From assembly GCA_046593995.1 (NCBI GenBank), contig JBKJQC010001239.1:1-38300 (forward strand): a stretch of DNA of 38,300 nt, written 5' to 3'. Both the position numbers and the translations under genes were made by a program. Numbering within the stretch: position 1 is the stretch's first letter; each line of letters begins with the position of its first letter. The notes under the pieces are model-generated. The model searched no databases, was not told where the DNA came from, and saw nothing but the letters and a program-made list of their open reading frames with translations. Below, piece after piece: positions 8,254 through 16,946 of this stretch. The stretch is from Polyangiales bacterium. GTDB lineage: Bacteria; Myxococcota_A; Polyangia; Polyangiales; JADJMO01.

Positions 8254-8625
8254 CTAGAACCAAGCCGGGCGCATCGCGGCGACGCGGGGGAAGGTCTTCT
8301 CCACCCAGCGCACGAGCAGGCGCATCGGATCGGTGTCGACCTCCACGCGCTCGACGCGCGGCGCGGTCTCCATGCCGGCGAGGTGACGCTCGATCACTTC
8401 GGTGACGAGCGCGCTCACGTCGCGATCGCGCGAGCGACAGTGGAGCGCGAGACGGTCGGCGAGCGCCTCGGGCAGGTAGACGACGGTGCGGCGGAAGCCC
8501 GCGCGACCGCCGTCGACGAACGCGTCGGCGCCCTCTTCCGAGGGGGCCTTCGTGTCACTCTGCGGCGGCGAGGTGCTCGGGAGCGACGGTTTGCGGAGCG
8601 TGACGGTCAGCGGCTTCTTCGCCAT
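8254..8625 (-). CDS. small ribbon-helix-helix (ParG/CopG-like) protein, probable ParA partner
   Basis: In the frame of track ORF 8254..8703, started at ATG 8625 (MAKKPLTVTL...). RRTVVYLPEALADRLALHCRSRDRDVSALVTEVIERHL fits a beta-strand/helix/helix RHH pattern. This start overlaps the ParA 3' end by 71 nt, so the start is uncertain. Confidence 0.55.
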   Translation of the reverse strand: MAKKPLTVTLRKPSLPSTSPPQSDTKAPSEEGADAFVDGGRAGFRRTVVYLPEALADRLALHCRSRDRDVSALVTEVIERHLAGMETAPRVERVEVDTDPMRLLVRWVEKTFPRVAAMRPAWF

Positions 8626-9259
8626 GGGAGAACTCCTCGATCTCGGAGAGCAACGACATGATTTCCTTCGCAGCGGCGTCGCGCGGCGCGAAGGAGGTGA
8701 CACCCATCCCCGCGGCGATCGCCTCCTGATAGGCGATGCGCTGCGTGAGCTCGGTCTTCAGGACGGGGAGCTCGGACCCTTCGAGCACGGTGCGCGCGCC
8801 CTTGCCGAGCGCGGTGCGCCCTTGCTTGCGGGTGATGAGGATCGCGGCGCGCAGGTCCTCGCGGAGCACCCTCGCCTCGCCGATCACCTCGAGCGCGGAC
8901 GCGAGCGCCCATGCGTCGGCGGCCGACGGACCGCACGGGAGGATCGCGACGTCGGCGATCATGAGCGCGGCACGCTGCACGTCGCCGTGACGCGGCGGGC
9001 AGTCGATGACGACGAGGTCGAAGTCCTTCGCCATCGCCGGCAGCTGCCCCGGCTTGTGCATGGTCGGTCCCATCGCGACGACGGTGGGCGTCGGTTGGCC
9101 GGATTCGGCCGCGACGTCCCCCCACGTGCGCGCGGTGGCTTGCGGATCCGCGTCGACCAAGAGCACGCGCTTCCCTCTCGAGAGCGCAGCGACTGCGAGG
9201 TTGATCGCAGTCGTGCTCTTGCCGACTCCACCCTTCTGTCCGGTGAGCGCGACAATCAT
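8555..9259 (-). CDS. ParA/Soj-family deviant Walker-A ATPase (small, type-Ib-like)
   Basis: 234 aa. MIVALTGQKGGVGKSTTAINLA carries the KGGxGK[ST] deviant Walker A. LLVDADPQ and VVIDCPP are also present. No ParB-like gene is adjacent; an RHH protein follows instead. Confidence 0.88.
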   Translation of the reverse strand: MIVALTGQKGGVGKSTTAINLAVAALSRGKRVLLVDADPQATARTWGDVAAESGQPTPTVVAMGPTMHKPGQLPAMAKDFDLVVIDCPPRHGDVQRAALMIADVAILPCGPSAADAWALASALEVIGEARVLREDLRAAILITRKQGRTALGKGARTVLEGSELPVLKTELTQRIAYQEAIAAGMGVTSFAPRDAAAKEIMSLLSEIEEFSHGEEAADRHAPQTVAPEHLAAAE

Positions 9260-9334
9260 GACGACTCTCTACGCACCGCGGCATACCAGGGGCCAAATTC
9301 TTTGCTCGCGAGCCGGGCGCGATTCCACGACGAG

Positions 9335-9526
9335 ACGAGAAAACACGGAGGCGCGGAGGCGCGGAGGCGAGAGGGAGGAGAGTCAAGAGGTGCTGCCGCG
9401 CGCACGCCTCCCAGCCTCGACGCTGCAGCGCGCCAGAGCCTCGTGGCGTCAGGGAAGAGGCCGGCAGACCTCTCGACTCTCGCCTCCCTCTCGCCTCCGC
9501 GCCTCCGTGCCTCCGTGTTTTCTCGT
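9335..9526. repeat. ~190-bp near-palindromic element with 64/66-nt arms built from CGGAGGCG repeats
   Basis: The left arm 9335-9398 and the reverse complement of the right arm 9461-9526 differ by only 2 substitutions and 2 small indels (hand alignment). Three perfect tandem CGGAGGCG units lie at 9346-9369 and are mirrored in the right arm. The centre holds the palindrome CGCTGCAGCG at 9421-9430. The element lies in the divergent gap between parA-like (start 9259) and the plus-strand operon (start 9584). Confidence 0.85.
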
Positions 9527-9583
9527 GTTTCGTTCCGCCGAAGAATGGCCAGGCGTGGTGGCTCGTCTTACGTTGTGAACGTC

Positions 9584-9970
9584 ATGATCGTCCGTCTACT
9601 GACCAGCTTCGTCGGCGCAGCGGTACTCGTCGTCGCCGCCGTCGCGGGCGGGGCGCCGTCCGGTGGATCCGATGAGCTCGCGTCGGACGCGGGGACGAAG
9701 AAGCCGGAGCCGCCGACGCCCGCGCCGCCCAATCCCAGCACCTGCGTCGCGCACTGGGGAGAGGCCCGCTCGACCGGGTACGGCTATCGGCACGTCGTGC
9801 TCCTGTCGAACGGCTGCAAGAAGGCCGCGACGTGCGCGGTCTCGACGGACGTGAATCCCGAGGTACAAACGGTCACCGTCGCGCCGAACGCGGTCGAGGA
9901 GGTCGTGACGTTCCTCGAGGCGCCGGGCGCAGCCTTCACCCCGAAGGTGAGCTGCAAACTCGCTCCGTGA
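9584..9970 (+). CDS. small secreted Cys-containing protein, function unknown
   Basis: This is the last 128 codons of track ORF 8486..9970, started at ATG 9584 (MIVRLLTSFVGAAVLVVAAVAGG, signal-peptide-like). ATG 9545 is an alternative start. The mature part has 4 Cys. The rest of the 494-aa track ORF is antisense to parA/RHH. Confidence 0.55.
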   Translation: MIVRLLTSFVGAAVLVVAAVAGGAPSGGSDELASDAGTKKPEPPTPAPPNPSTCVAHWGEARSTGYGYRHVVLLSNGCKKAATCAVSTDVNPEVQTVTVAPNAVEEVVTFLEAPGAAFTPKVSCKLAP

Positions 9971-9977
9971 GCTCTCC

Positions 9978-10532
9978 GTGAACGACGTCTGGGTCTTCGG
10001 TTACGGCTCTTTGATCTGGCGCCCCTCGTTCCCCTTCGTCGAGAGGCGGAAGACGTGGGTGCGCGGGTTTGCGCGTCGCTTGTGGCAGGGGAGCGACGAT
10101 CATCGGGGGGTGCCGGGCGCGCTCGGGCGCGTCGCGACGCTGATCGCCGCGCCCGATGCGCGCGTGTTCGGCGTCGCGTTCCGCATCGACGCGAGAGACG
10201 TCGCCGAGGTCCTCGCGCACCTCGATCATCGGGAGCAGAACGGGTACGAGCGGCACGAGGTCGACCTCCTCGACGAACAAGGCGACGCGTTCGCCCGCGG
10301 GGTGCTGTTCCTCGCCGGCGAGCACAACGAGAACTTCCTCGGTCCCGCGCCGCTGTCCGCTCTGGTCGCGCAGATCGCGTCGGCGGTCGGACCGAGCGGT
10401 ACGAACGTCGAGTATGTCGTCGAGCTCGCGCGCGCCCTCCGGGAGCTCGGGCAACCCGATGATCACGTGGATGAAATCGCCGCTGCGCTCGTGCCGACGC
10501 GCACCCGGACCCAGACGCAGCCGCAGCCCTGA
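9978..10532 (+). CDS. ChaC-family gamma-glutamylcyclotransferase
   Basis: 184 aa with a GTG start. VWVFGYGSLIWRPSF and HLDHREQNGYE match ChaC/GGCT signature regions. It starts 7 nt after the previous stop. Confidence 0.82.
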   Translation: MNDVWVFGYGSLIWRPSFPFVERRKTWVRGFARRLWQGSDDHRGVPGALGRVATLIAAPDARVFGVAFRIDARDVAEVLAHLDHREQNGYERHEVDLLDEQGDAFARGVLFLAGEHNENFLGPAPLSALVAQIASAVGPSGTNVEYVVELARALRELGQPDDHVDEIAAALVPTRTRTQTQPQP

Positions 10533-10539
10533 CGCGAGT

Positions 10540-11586
10540 ATGCTCTCGCGCATGGAGCTTCCCTTTCGCGTCGTCTCGGCGGGCGTGGCCGACATCGGCC
10601 GTGGCCGCAAACACAACGAGGACACCGTTCTGCTGCGCCCGGACTTCCACCTCTTCCTGCTCGCCGATGGCGCAGGAGGACACGAGGCCGGCAACGTCGC
10701 GAGCGCCCTCGCGACGACGACGATCGCGCACTACTTCGAAGCGACCGAGAAGGTCCATGAGGACCGCCCCGAGTTCGACACCTTCGGCCTGCCGACGGCC
10801 GCGCGGCGACTCTCGGCCGCGATCCACCATGCCAACAAGGAGATCGCGGAGGTCGCGAAGGCGTCGAACCGCCATCGCGGCATGGGGACGACGATCGTCG
10901 CCGCGTGGCTCGAGCCGCGCACGCAGCTGCTCCACGTCGCGCACGTGGGGGACAGCCGCTGCTACCGACTTCGCGACGGCGCCCTCGAGGCGATGACGCA
11001 GGATCACTCGCTGATCAACGAGGTGCTCGAGATGCGCCCCGAGCTCGACGACGACGTGCTGGCGAAGCTCCCGCGGCACGTGATCACGCGCGCGCTCGGC
11101 ATGGCGGACGCGCCGCGCGTCACGCTCAAGTCAATCGTGCCCCGTCCGGGCGACAAGTACCTGCTCTCGTCGGACGGCCTCCACGCCTACCTCGCCGAAG
11201 CCCACATCGCAGAGGCCCTCGCCCTCGAGCGGACGCCGGAAGACCAGGTGAACCTCCTCATCGAGATGGCGAAGGACGCTGGCTCGCGCGACAACATCTC
11301 GGTCGTGATCATCGACTGCGAGCCGCTCCCGCCGATGCTCGCGCAGCCGATGCCGGTGCCGTCGCCGGAGCGCGCGAACGCAATGAAGAGCCAGCCGCTC
11401 CCGCCGATGCCGGCCGTGAACGACGACTCCACGCCGGAGATCGTGATCCTCGAAGAGATGTCGGCGGAGAGCGATCTCGCCGACCACGTCCATGTGCTGC
11501 CGCTCGAGACGAAGAACCAGGGGATCGTCGCCGCGATGGACGGCTTCATCGGTCCGATGCGACCGCGGCCGCGCAAGCCGTCCTGA
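10540..11586 (+). CDS. PP2C-family Ser/Thr protein phosphatase with a Pro-rich C-terminal tail
   Basis: In the frame of track ORF 10156..11586, started at ATG 10540 (MLSRMELPF), 7 nt after the ChaC stop. PP2C motifs present: RKHNEDT, LLADGAGGHEAG, HVGDSRCY, LLSSDGL, GSRDNISVVII. Confidence 0.88.
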   Translation: MLSRMELPFRVVSAGVADIGRGRKHNEDTVLLRPDFHLFLLADGAGGHEAGNVASALATTTIAHYFEATEKVHEDRPEFDTFGLPTAARRLSAAIHHANKEIAEVAKASNRHRGMGTTIVAAWLEPRTQLLHVAHVGDSRCYRLRDGALEAMTQDHSLINEVLEMRPELDDDVLAKLPRHVITRALGMADAPRVTLKSIVPRPGDKYLLSSDGLHAYLAEAHIAEALALERTPEDQVNLLIEMAKDAGSRDNISVVIIDCEPLPPMLAQPMPVPSPERANAMKSQPLPPMPAVNDDSTPEIVILEEMSAESDLADHVHVLPLETKNQGIVAAMDGFIGPMRPRPRKPS

Positions 11587-11816
11587 AGCCGCTCGTCGCG
11601 CTCTTGGTCGGGTGCGCGCGCGCCGCTCCGGCGTTCGGGTACCGACGTCGACGCCCTGCCCGACCCCCAGGTCCTGCCGCTGGGGCGGTCGAACTGTGCC
11701 CCGGGCAAAACCGGAAGCCGCGGAGCTTCGAAGCGGCGAAGACGCGCGCGATGACTTGCAGCGTCGAACCGTGACCGCCCCGCCCTGAGATCACGTGCCC
11801 TTTCGTACGCGAAACG

Positions 11817-14800
11817 ATGGTACCTTCCCCCATTCCGATGCATCCCGCGCAGATGGAGGAGCTCGTCCGAAGGCTGGTCGCGGACCCGAACGACCAGCAT
11901 GCGCTGCAGACGGCGTACGGCCAGGGACAGGCGGATCCGCGTGCCTACGCGTCGCTCCTCGAGCGCGTGGGTGACCTGACGCAGGACACGACGTTCGCCG
12001 CCCACTGGCTCTCGGAGGCCGCGAACGTCTGGTCCTCCGCGCTCGGCGACGCCCGCCGCGCGGCCACGCTCCTGATGCGCGCGATCGAGAAGGACCCTGC
12101 GAGCGACGTCGCGAGCGACCGCCTCGCCGCGCTCTATCGCGAGAAGGGCGATCACCGGGCGCTCGTCGCGCTCTACGAACGCCGCGCCAAGGCCCTCGCG
12201 CAGATCGCCGCGCACGATCCGGCGCTCACGCAGCGGCTGTCGATCCTGCACGAGGATCTCGGTCGCCTCTGGCAGGATCCGCCGTTGTCCCAGCCGCGCA
12301 AGGCGCTCGAGAACTACAAGAAGGCGTTCGAGGTCGACCCCGGCGCGGTCACCGCGATCTACGCCGCGCGTGAGCTCCTCAAGGCGCAGGGCGACGTGAA
12401 GGAGGCCTACCCCCTCTACGAGCTCGAGATCCGCGCGATCGACGATCAGGAACGGAAGATCGCGCTCCTCCGCGACGAGGCTGCCCTCCGTCAGGCGAAC
12501 AGCGACGCGAAGGGGGGCACGAACGCTCTGCGCAGCGCGCTCCGCCTCGTGCCCGACGACATGGGCCTGCAGTACGAGCTCGCGACCTCGATCGTCTCGC
12601 GCATCCTCGCCGGCGACACCGTCCCCGAGAGCGAGCGCAAGGAAGCCGCGGATCTGCTCGTCGAGATGGCGCAGCAGTACGACGGCGATCACGCGCTCGC
12701 GTACTCCGAGTCCGCGCTCGACGCGATGCCCGGTCACGACCGCGCGATGCAGCTCGTCGACCACTTCGCGAAGCAGGTCGGCCGAGACGATCTCGAGGCG
12801 CGCTGGGCTGCCTACGTCGACGCGAACCCAAAGGGCGCGATGGTCAGCGAGGCGCGCACGAACCTCGCGAAGACCTACGAGACGAGCGGACGTCTCGAGG
12901 ACGCGATCAAGATGCTCAAGCCGCTCGAGAACGATCCGAACCCCTCGGTCGCGATCAAGCTCGGCGATCTCTACGCGAAGGCCGGCAAGACGAACGAGCT
13001 CGCCGCCCACATGGATCGGCACAGCGCGCAGCTGCCGCCGGCGGAGCGCGTCGCGAAGCAGATCGAGATCGCGATGATGCTCGCGGGCAAGGGGGACAAG
13101 AAGGGAGCGCTCGGGAAGTATCGCGACGTCCTCGAGACGGATCCGCAACACCCCGAGGCGCTCGCCTACGTCGAGGACGCCCTCCGCGCCACGCGCCAGT
13201 ACAAGGAGCTGCGCGACGTGCTGCTCTCCGCTGCGCGCGCCGCCAACGCTCCGCTCGACTCGCGAAAGTCGCAGCTCCGCGAGGCCGCATCGCTGAGCGA
13301 GTCGCAGCTGAAGGACGCCGACGGCGCGGTCAATGCGCATCGCCAGCTCCTCGCGCTCGACCGCAACGACGAGTCGTCGCGCGCGGCGCTCCACCGACTG
13401 CTGGAGAAGGGGCAGCGCTGGGACGATCTCGCGGCCCTCGTCGAGCAGGAGGCGATGGCCGCAGCCGACGTCGAGCAGCAGATTGCGCTCGAGAAGAAGC
13501 TCGCCGACCTCCACGAGAAGAAACGCGGCGACAAGCGCGAGGCGGCCGAGGCGCTGCTCCGCGTGGTGACGCACGCGCCGAAGGACGAAGACGCGCTCGC
13601 ACGCGCGGTCGATCTGCTCTGTGCGATAGACGATTTCCAGCGTGCGGCGGCTGCGCTCGACGAGTACGTCGGCGCGCTCGATGCTGGTCCTCAGAAGGGC
13701 AAGCTCCTGACGAAGCTCGGCGAGCTGCGTGACCGGCTCGGCGATCAGAACGGCGCCGCCGACGCGTACGCCGAGGCCGGAGAGATCCTCCACGACGGAG
13801 ACGTGTGGCGCCGCGCCGAGGACTGCGCGACGAAGGTCGAACGCTGGGAGCAGGCGGCGACCGCTGCCGCGCGCCGCGGCGATCTCGAGCGTGACCCTGG
13901 GAAGCAGGCGCTCCTGCGCGCGACCGAAGCCGAGTACATCCTCCGCTCCGGCGACCCGCAGACGGCGATCGCGCGGCTGGAACAAGCGATCGACCTCGCG
14001 CCGCGCGACGAGAATCTCGCCGACAAGCTCGAGCGCATGTACGAGCAGGAGGGTCGGCTCGACGACCTCGCCGGCTACCTCGTCCGGCGCGCCGAGGGCA
14101 CGACGGATCAGGAGCAGTCGCTCGCTCTCCTCCGTCGCGCTGCGGTCTTCCGCCGCGAGCGCCTGACCGATCCGGACGGCGCACGCGATCTCCTCCTCCG
14201 CATCGTCGGCTCGACCGAGGATCGCGACGCGCTCTCGCAGCTCGCGGAGGACGCATCGACCCGCGACGACCACGCGTCCGCCTTGAAGTACCTCGCCCGC
14301 CTCGAAGCGCTCGCGACCGATCGCGCCGAGAAGACCAAGATCGCCCTCCGCCAGGCACAGATCACAGCGGACGGGATCGGAGACGTCGACGGCGCGATCG
14401 AGCGCTACAAGGTCATCCTCGACACGCTGAACGAGAACTGCCGCGAGGCGCTGCAGGCGATCGCCGATCTCGAGCAGGCGCGCGATCGCTACCCGCAAGC
14501 CGCCGACGCGCTCGAGCGCGATCTCGAGCTCGCCTCCGCCGGCGAGGAGAAGGCGAACATCGCGCGCAGGCTCGGCGAGATCTACATCGATCACACGCGC
14601 GAGCTCGGGAAGTCGCTCGCGGCCTACGAAACGGTCGTGCGCGAGGATCCCGAGGACTTCGCCGCGCTGCACAAGCTCCGCGAGCTGTCGGAGCGCGCCG
14701 AGAAGTGGCCGCGCGTGCTCGAGCTCCTCGACCAGCAGATCGAGGTCGAAGGCGACGACGACGAGATCGCGTCGCTCACGGCGCGCAAGGCGGAGGTGCT

Positions 14801-16943
14801 CGCCGATCACACCGGACAGGTCGACGAAGCGCTGCGCACGCTCGCGCCATTCACCGCCGGCGGCTCCGACGTCGCCCGCGCCGCCGCCCTCGCCATCGCC
14901 GACCGCCACAAGGCAGACGCGCAGATCGGCGGGCAGATCCTCGCGTGGGCGCGCACGACCGGCGGCACCGACGGACAGCGGCTCCTCGGAGAGGCGTTCG
15001 ATCGCTTCGTCGCGGGCAAGGCGTTCGACCGTGCGCTCGAGATCATCCCGGACGTGCTCCGCACCCCGCGCGGAAAAGACCCGGCGTTCCTCGAGCAAGC
15101 CGAGAAGCTCGCCGTCGACGCGCGCTCGACGGAGCTCGCGCTCGAGGTGCAGGATCGACGCATCGGCGGCCTCTCCGGCATGCCGCGCGGCGAAGAGCTG
15201 GTGCGTCAGGCGCGCGTGCGGATCGATCTCGGCATCCCGCGGATCGAAGCGCTCGAGCACGGTGAGATCGGCCTCGGCGCGGTACCGCCCGGCGAAGCCA
15301 CGGTCCTGATGAACGCGCTGAGCGAGCTCGCACCGACGCCGCTCGCCGCCGTCGAGCTCTACGAGCGGCAGATCACGCGCTGCAAGACGCCTGGCGACAA
15401 GCTCGCGGCCATCGTGCGCGCGTATCGCAAGTCGATCGAGCTCGAAGCCACGGGTGGCGCACAGGTCGCGGACAAGACGCGCGAGCTCGTCGAATTGGCG
15501 CTCGGTCTTGCCGCTGCGCCGGAGGACGCGTTCGATTCGCTCTACGCCGCGGCCTCTCCGCTCGACGCGGTCTCGGACGAGTCCCAGCACCGACGGCGGC
15601 TGATCGAGATCCTCGTCGCATCGACCGTCGGCCCGCGCGATGGCGGCCGCACCCGTTCGGCGCAGCTCCGTCGCGCCGCAGACCGCATGGGTCGCGAGCT
15701 CGGCGACGACCAGCGCGCGCTCGAGCTCCTCGCGCAGGGGCTCGTCGCACACGTCGACGCCGCGACCCTCGACGCGATCGAGCAGGCGACCGAAGACGAT
15801 CCGAGCCGCGCGGAGACCATCTACACGAAGGCGCTCGAAGAGGTCTTCGACGGCCCGCTCGTCCGACAGATCATCGGCCGTCGCGCGACCCTCCGAAAGG
15901 ATCGCCTCGGCGATCTCGACGGCGCGCTCCGCGACCTGAAGAAGCTCCACGAGCTCGCTCCCGCCGATCAGGCGATCACGGATAGGTATCGCGCGGTGCT
16001 CACCGAGGCGAACGACTATCGCGGCCTGATCCAGCTCTGCGAGGATCAGATCCTGCGCAGCAAGGACCAGGGCGTTCGCGCCGATCTCGCGCGGCAGATC
16101 GCGCACATCTGGGAGGGACGGCTCGGTGAGGCGCGCGAAGCAGCCGATGCCTGGCGCCGCGTGCTCCGTCTCAAGCCGCAGGATCCCGAGGCCACCGCGG
16201 GCCTCGATCGCGCGAAGCGGAACAAGCTCGAGTTCGATCCCGACAAGCACCCTGCGCAGCGGGTCCTCGTCGAGACGTCGATCGCGCCGCCGCCTCCCGG
16301 CTCGCGACCGCCGGCGGCACGCGCGAGCGCGCGACCGATGGCGCGTCCTCTCGCAGGGACGCCGAGCGTACGCCCCCCGTCGCGCCCCTCGACCCCTCCG
16401 CGATCCGAGCCGCAGCCGGCGCCGACGCCGAGGTCCGACCCGCCGATCACCGCGCCCTCCGCGGACGAGACGGACGAGCTGGTCGGGGATCTGTCGTCGC
16501 AGACGATGACGGCGGCGCCGAAGATCGCTGCCGCGTCCGAGCTCACGATGCCGGAGGACTACATCGACACGAGCGTCGGACCGCTCGGCGCGCCGCGCGA
16601 GATCCCCGAGGCGACCGCGGAGATCCCGTTCCACGCCGCGACCGACGCGTTCGCGGCGCTCCCGTCGATCACCGACGACGAGGACGAGGACGAGGACATG
16701 AAGACCCTCGTCGGCGACTCGCAGGCGATCGCCGCGCGCGACGCGGTCGAGGCGCGCCGAGATCGCGACCGCAGCCGGCTGCGCGAACGGAGCCCCGCGG
16801 AGACCGACGAGATCCCCGCGCTGCAGCTGCCACACGTCGCCCATGGCGCGAACCCGGATGCGAGCGCCGAGTTCGTCGCCGACGACGAGGTCGAAATCGT
16901 GGACGACGACGAGCTCGTCGTCGAAGACGACGACCACAAGTGA
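11817..16943 (+). CDS. giant TPR/helical-repeat protein (1708 aa) with a Pro-rich then acidic disordered C-terminal tail
   Basis: Diverse Ala/Leu/Asp/Glu/Arg/Lys composition with recurring TPR-like units (for example ...ALENYKKAFEVDPGAVTAIYAARELLKAQGDVKEAY...). Third codon positions are overwhelmingly G/C in this frame. The 1916-aa minus-strand ORF is its codon-aligned shadow. The start is uncertain among ATG 11817, 11838 and 11853, and there is no clear SD. Confidence 0.85.
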   Translation: MVPSPIPMHPAQMEELVRRLVADPNDQHALQTAYGQGQADPRAYASLLERVGDLTQDTTFAAHWLSEAANVWSSALGDARRAATLLMRAIEKDPASDVASDRLAALYREKGDHRALVALYERRAKALAQIAAHDPALTQRLSILHEDLGRLWQDPPLSQPRKALENYKKAFEVDPGAVTAIYAARELLKAQGDVKEAYPLYELEIRAIDDQERKIALLRDEAALRQANSDAKGGTNALRSALRLVPDDMGLQYELATSIVSRILAGDTVPESERKEAADLLVEMAQQYDGDHALAYSESALDAMPGHDRAMQLVDHFAKQVGRDDLEARWAAYVDANPKGAMVSEARTNLAKTYETSGRLEDAIKMLKPLENDPNPSVAIKLGDLYAKAGKTNELAAHMDRHSAQLPPAERVAKQIEIAMMLAGKGDKKGALGKYRDVLETDPQHPEALAYVEDALRATRQYKELRDVLLSAARAANAPLDSRKSQLREAASLSESQLKDADGAVNAHRQLLALDRNDESSRAALHRLLEKGQRWDDLAALVEQEAMAAADVEQQIALEKKLADLHEKKRGDKREAAEALLRVVTHAPKDEDALARAVDLLCAIDDFQRAAAALDEYVGALDAGPQKGKLLTKLGELRDRLGDQNGAADAYAEAGEILHDGDVWRRAEDCATKVERWEQAATAAARRGDLERDPGKQALLRATEAEYILRSGDPQTAIARLEQAIDLAPRDENLADKLERMYEQEGRLDDLAGYLVRRAEGTTDQEQSLALLRRAAVFRRERLTDPDGARDLLLRIVGSTEDRDALSQLAEDASTRDDHASALKYLARLEALATDRAEKTKIALRQAQITADGIGDVDGAIERYKVILDTLNENCREALQAIADLEQARDRYPQAADALERDLELASAGEEKANIARRLGEIYIDHTRELGKSLAAYETVVREDPEDFAALHKLRELSERAEKWPRVLELLDQQIEVEGDDDEIASLTARKAEVLADHTGQVDEALRTLAPFTAGGSDVARAAALAIADRHKADAQIGGQILAWARTTGGTDGQRLLGEAFDRFVAGKAFDRALEIIPDVLRTPRGKDPAFLEQAEKLAVDARSTELALEVQDRRIGGLSGMPRGEELVRQARVRIDLGIPRIEALEHGEIGLGAVPPGEATVLMNALSELAPTPLAAVELYERQITRCKTPGDKLAAIVRAYRKSIELEATGGAQVADKTRELVELALGLAAAPEDAFDSLYAAASPLDAVSDESQHRRRLIEILVASTVGPRDGGRTRSAQLRRAADRMGRELGDDQRALELLAQGLVAHVDAATLDAIEQATEDDPSRAETIYTKALEEVFDGPLVRQIIGRRATLRKDRLGDLDGALRDLKKLHELAPADQAITDRYRAVLTEANDYRGLIQLCEDQILRSKDQGVRADLARQIAHIWEGRLGEAREAADAWRRVLRLKPQDPEATAGLDRAKRNKLEFDPDKHPAQRVLVETSIAPPPPGSRPPAARASARPMARPLAGTPSVRPPSRPSTPPRSEPQPAPTPRSDPPITAPSADETDELVGDLSSQTMTAAPKIAAASELTMPEDYIDTSVGPLGAPREIPEATAEIPFHAATDAFAALPSITDDEDEDEDMKTLVGDSQAIAARDAVEARRDRDRSRLRERSPAETDEIPALQLPHVAHGANPDASAEFVADDEVEIVDDDELVVEDDDHK

Positions 16944-16946
16944 GCG

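Noticed and set aside
9346-9369. A possible CRISPR array or other spacer-repeat structure, suggested by the CGGAGGCG tandem units and the heptamer arrays at 34538-34620.
   Set aside because: The repeats are 7-8 bp and directly abutting with no unique spacers. They occur as inverted partner arrays that form hairpins, and no cas genes are present. This is not CRISPR.
11187-16937. A 1916-aa uninterrupted minus-strand ORF, the longest in the window, antisense to giant 1.
   Set aside because: It is exactly codon-aligned with the plus-strand CDS (16935-11817 is divisible by 3). Its stops (TAA/TAG/TGA) could therefore only arise opposite sense TTA/CTA/TCA codons, which the high-GC sense gene never uses in 1707 consecutive codons. 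Its product is Arg/Gly/Leu/Asp low-complexity, its third positions lack the GC3 bias seen in the plus frame, and it runs across the intergenic gap into the PP2C gene. It is a shadow ORF.
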